Virus record (IMG/VR): IMGVR_UViG_3300027740_000040
Coordinates: 8,139 to 72,138 of that record
DNA: 64,000 nt
Source: a virus
Strand: one strand, 5' to 3'
The notes under the pieces were generated by a model. It had not been told where the DNA came from. It saw only the letters and a list, made by a program, of their open reading frames with translations, and made no database searches. Positions 61,811 to 64,000 of this stretch are shown in pieces; the stretch's first letter is position 1; each line of letters starts with the position of its first letter. A program made the position numbers and the translations under genes.

Positions 61811-62204
61811 TGGTCACCTCCCCCGCCGCCTTGAGCGCAGTCTCCAGCGCGATGGCCAACTCAGCCAGGTTGTCGGCCGGAATCCGATTGATGTTCCGGC
61901 GTAGATTCTCGCAGCGTTCGAGCACAGTTCGTCGAAGGCGATCGAGCCGATCCGCTTCCTTCACCCGTTGGATGTCGGCCCTGGTTGCGACGCGAATGAT
62001 GCTGCACCCGTGGTATCCGTCGGAACGTTCGCCACCTCGCTCCCGATGGGTAGTGAGGCTCCACACGGTTCCGCTCTCGTCGGTCGCAGTGGTGGGAGTC
62101 GTCTTTGCCACCTCGCGCAGCGACTCATCTTTCCGATAGTTCACTCGCGACTCGATCAGCAGCAAGTCGCCGACCTTGCACTTCAACGCTTCACGCTTGG
62201 CCAT
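61803..62204 (-). CDS. hypothetical protein
   Basis: GGAGAGGAG RBS in the duplicated junction. Confidence 0.7.
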   Translation of the reverse strand: MAKREALKCKVGDLLLIESRVNYRKDESLREVAKTTPTTATDESGTVWSLTTHRERGGERSDGYHGCSIIRVATRADIQRVKEADRLDRLRRTVLERCENLRRNINRIPADNLAELAIALETALKAAGEVTNG

Positions 62205-62784
62205 TCGTCATCTCCTCTCCAGTCCACTTCCCCGGAACATGGTCGCCCCCCATTTCGCGCTTGCATATCCGCAGCGCGTCCGCCGGCATCAGGACCGCGG
62301 TGAACGCGGGGCCGACGATGCGAAGAGCCACCGACTTTCCGGTGGCAGTGGTCGAGACTAACCCAAGAGCCAATGGCTCTTCAGCCCGACAACCAGACTC
62401 GACGAGCGGCTGGATCGCGTCGCGGATGAGGACCCGGTTGAAGTACCACCCACAGCACGGTTGCCAGTCTTCGGCCAGGCGCGGCGGATCCTCCTCCACC
62501 GTGTACCCGACCGGATATGGCGTCCGCTTACTGGCCCAGAGCAGCAACTCTCCCAGAGTGGTGCCTGCTGACGCGGACGGAGATGCTACACGCAGCATCC
62601 CCACACCGACGACCGTGGATTCCTGAGCTGGGCTGAGTTTCTCGACCTCGTCCGCACCCCACTGGCGAATCACTACCGCCGCGCCTACGAAGTGCACCAC
62701 CTCCGATCCAAGGCGATACGTCCTCACTCCCACTTGTTTCGCGTCGAAGATCCCAACCAGCCCATGCGACAGTTCAACGTACAT
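62191..62784 (-). CDS. hypothetical protein, possible beta-clamp-like fold
   Basis: C-terminal FN..LI.D...ALRIVG..FTAVLMP resembles the DnaN C-terminus; weak. Confidence 0.5.
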   Translation of the reverse strand: MYVELSHGLVGIFDAKQVGVRTYRLGSEVVHFVGAAVVIRQWGADEVEKLSPAQESTVVGVGMLRVASPSASAGTTLGELLLWASKRTPYPVGYTVEEDPPRLAEDWQPCCGWYFNRVLIRDAIQPLVESGCRAEEPLALGLVSTTATGKSVALRIVGPAFTAVLMPADALRICKREMGGDHVPGKWTGEEMTNGQA

Positions 62785-63400
62785 CAGTCATCTCCTCTCC
62801 AGTCCAAACTTCGATGATCGCCCCGCCCTGTCCCTTCGGCGCCGGCTCGTGCCACTCCCTCAACTCGAGCAGCGCCGGCCTGTCATCGACCAGCACGCCG
62901 AGCCCGGGGACGAGTTTGCCAGCGCGCTGCCGTGGCACGCGGAGGCAGTCGATCGCGCACTTGTGCCAGGCCGCCGTCGGGTCGGGCGCCACCGACGAGA
63001 ACCGAATCGCTCTCACCATCGGCCTGCCCGTCAGCGGCGCCGGCCACGTCGGGATGATGCCGCGGCCGTGCTTGCACCAGCCGAGTTGCATAGGCACCGC
63101 GAAGACTCCGTCGGGTCCGCGGACTGTCACCTGCCAGGCAAGCTGCCCCGCCATCGCCGACAGGACGGACGATCGCTCGCGAGCCATCTGCCACCCCTGG
63201 GCGTGCCGGGAGCGGTTCTGCGGGGCCGCCATGGCCAGCGTCAGCGCGAACCTGAGCACGACCCGCCCGCGTCCCGGGTGGCGTTCGATCCACGGCCTCG
63301 ACGGTGGCAGCGCCAGCACCGAGTCCGCGAACGCGAGGAAGGCGGTGGCCTCGGCGCGAGTGAAGGGGCGAGCGGGAGTCACGTTCAGTCCCCCTCCCAA
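62774..63400 (-). CDS. RusA-like Holliday junction resolvase
   Basis: PQN...W...R...R.S...PD...K..ID.L...GV.VDD...E...KGQG...IEV. Confidence 0.6.
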   Translation of the reverse strand: MGGGLNVTPARPFTRAEATAFLAFADSVLALPPSRPWIERHPGRGRVVLRFALTLAMAAPQNRSRHAQGWQMARERSSVLSAMAGQLAWQVTVRGPDGVFAVPMQLGWCKHGRGIIPTWPAPLTGRPMVRAIRFSSVAPDPTAAWHKCAIDCLRVPRQRAGKLVPGLGVLVDDRPALLELREWHEPAPKGQGGAIIEVWTGEEMTDVR

Positions 63401-63681
63401 ACCCCATCGGGCCGCATCTCGGCCAACGCGCAGAGTTGCCGCAACGCCCGCTTGGCGTTGCCCTCTGTGACCCGCCAGTAGTTCGGGTTCACGTCGTCGT
63501 TGAGCTCCGCGATTGCCGCCTTGAGTACCGGGATGCTCTCGTGCCCGGTCATGCTGTAGATTTCGCGGATGCCCTTCGCGCCCAGCGTCGTGCGGAAGTG
63601 GCCACCGTGGTTGCGGGTGATGGCCAGTTTGGCCAGCGGCTCGCGGGTGATGGGGTCGATGAGGGATAGGGAGTAGCTCAT
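63385..63681 (-). CDS. conserved phage hypothetical protein
   Basis: G.ESIP.L..AI..L....YW..TEGNA.RAL..L.ALA..RPDGVW.GD motif. Confidence 0.7.
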   Translation of the reverse strand: MSYSLSLIDPITREPLAKLAITRNHGGHFRTTLGAKGIREIYSMTGHESIPVLKAAIAELNDDVNPNYWRVTEGNAKRALRQLCALAEMRPDGVWEGD

Positions 63682-63688
63682 GGTCCTC

Positions 63689-64000
63689 CTAGAACAGCGT
63701 CACCTGCCGTGGTCGGTCCTTCTCCGTGGCCCGCAGCGATTCCCGTGGGATGAACTCGCGGCCGTCCAGATGGGTCAGGCGGGCCCGCGCGATGCTGACG
63801 AAGGGCTCGTCATCGGTGTCGTTCAGTTCGATTCCGATCCATCGGCAGCCTTCGAGAACAGCGGCGACGCCACCGGTTCCGGACCCGGCGAACATGTCGA
63901 GCACGACACCACCGGGTGGAGTCACCAGCCTGGTGATCCACTGCATCAAGCTGATTCCCTTCGGCGTGGGGTGATTCATGCGCACTCCGCCAGTGCGACC
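63689..64000 (-). CDS. DNA N6-adenine/N4-cytosine methyltransferase, C-terminal part (truncated by the window edge)
   Basis: NHPTPK...LM.W..RLVTPPGGVVLDMFAGSGTGG.AA..EG. Confidence 0.9.
   Translation of the reverse strand, partial: GRTGGVRMNHPTPKGISLMQWITRLVTPPGGVVLDMFAGSGTGGVAAVLEGCRWIGIELNDTDDEPFVSIARARLTHLDGREFIPRESLRATEKDRPRQVTLF

Overview
High-GC window from a tailed phage or prophage with a contractile tail. No integrase or host genes are visible. The host is probably a myxobacterium, inferred from Cys-rich and Gly/Thr-rich lipoproteins. Bases 1-10636 (+ strand) are small accessory and early genes: cassette-like paralogue arrays, four promoter/operator modules, a recurrent intergenic RNA hairpin, and an antisense tRNA-Ser(UGA). 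Bases 10637-64000 are almost all on the - strand. Read right to left they contain a DNA methyltransferase (partial), RusA-like resolvase, Gp37/68, HNH, SLOG, a replication module (initiator, primase, DnaB), RNA ligase, accessory genes, a Cas12f/CRISPR cassette, a putative late regulator, terminase, Mu-like head genes, sheath, tube, chaperone (-1 frameshift), tape measure, baseplate, receptor-binding genes and a lysis/accessory cluster. The main find is at 48558-50357: a phage-encoded AsCas12f1-like effector whose RuvC-I Asp is replaced by His (H-E-D triad). It is followed by a 3-repeat, 2-spacer mini-CRISPR array and preceded by a structured tracrRNA candidate with two anti-repeat segments. 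No cas1/cas2 is present. It is a candidate RNA-guided, probably non-cleaving, DNA-binding or silencing system. All family calls come from motif recognition by eye; no database searches were run.
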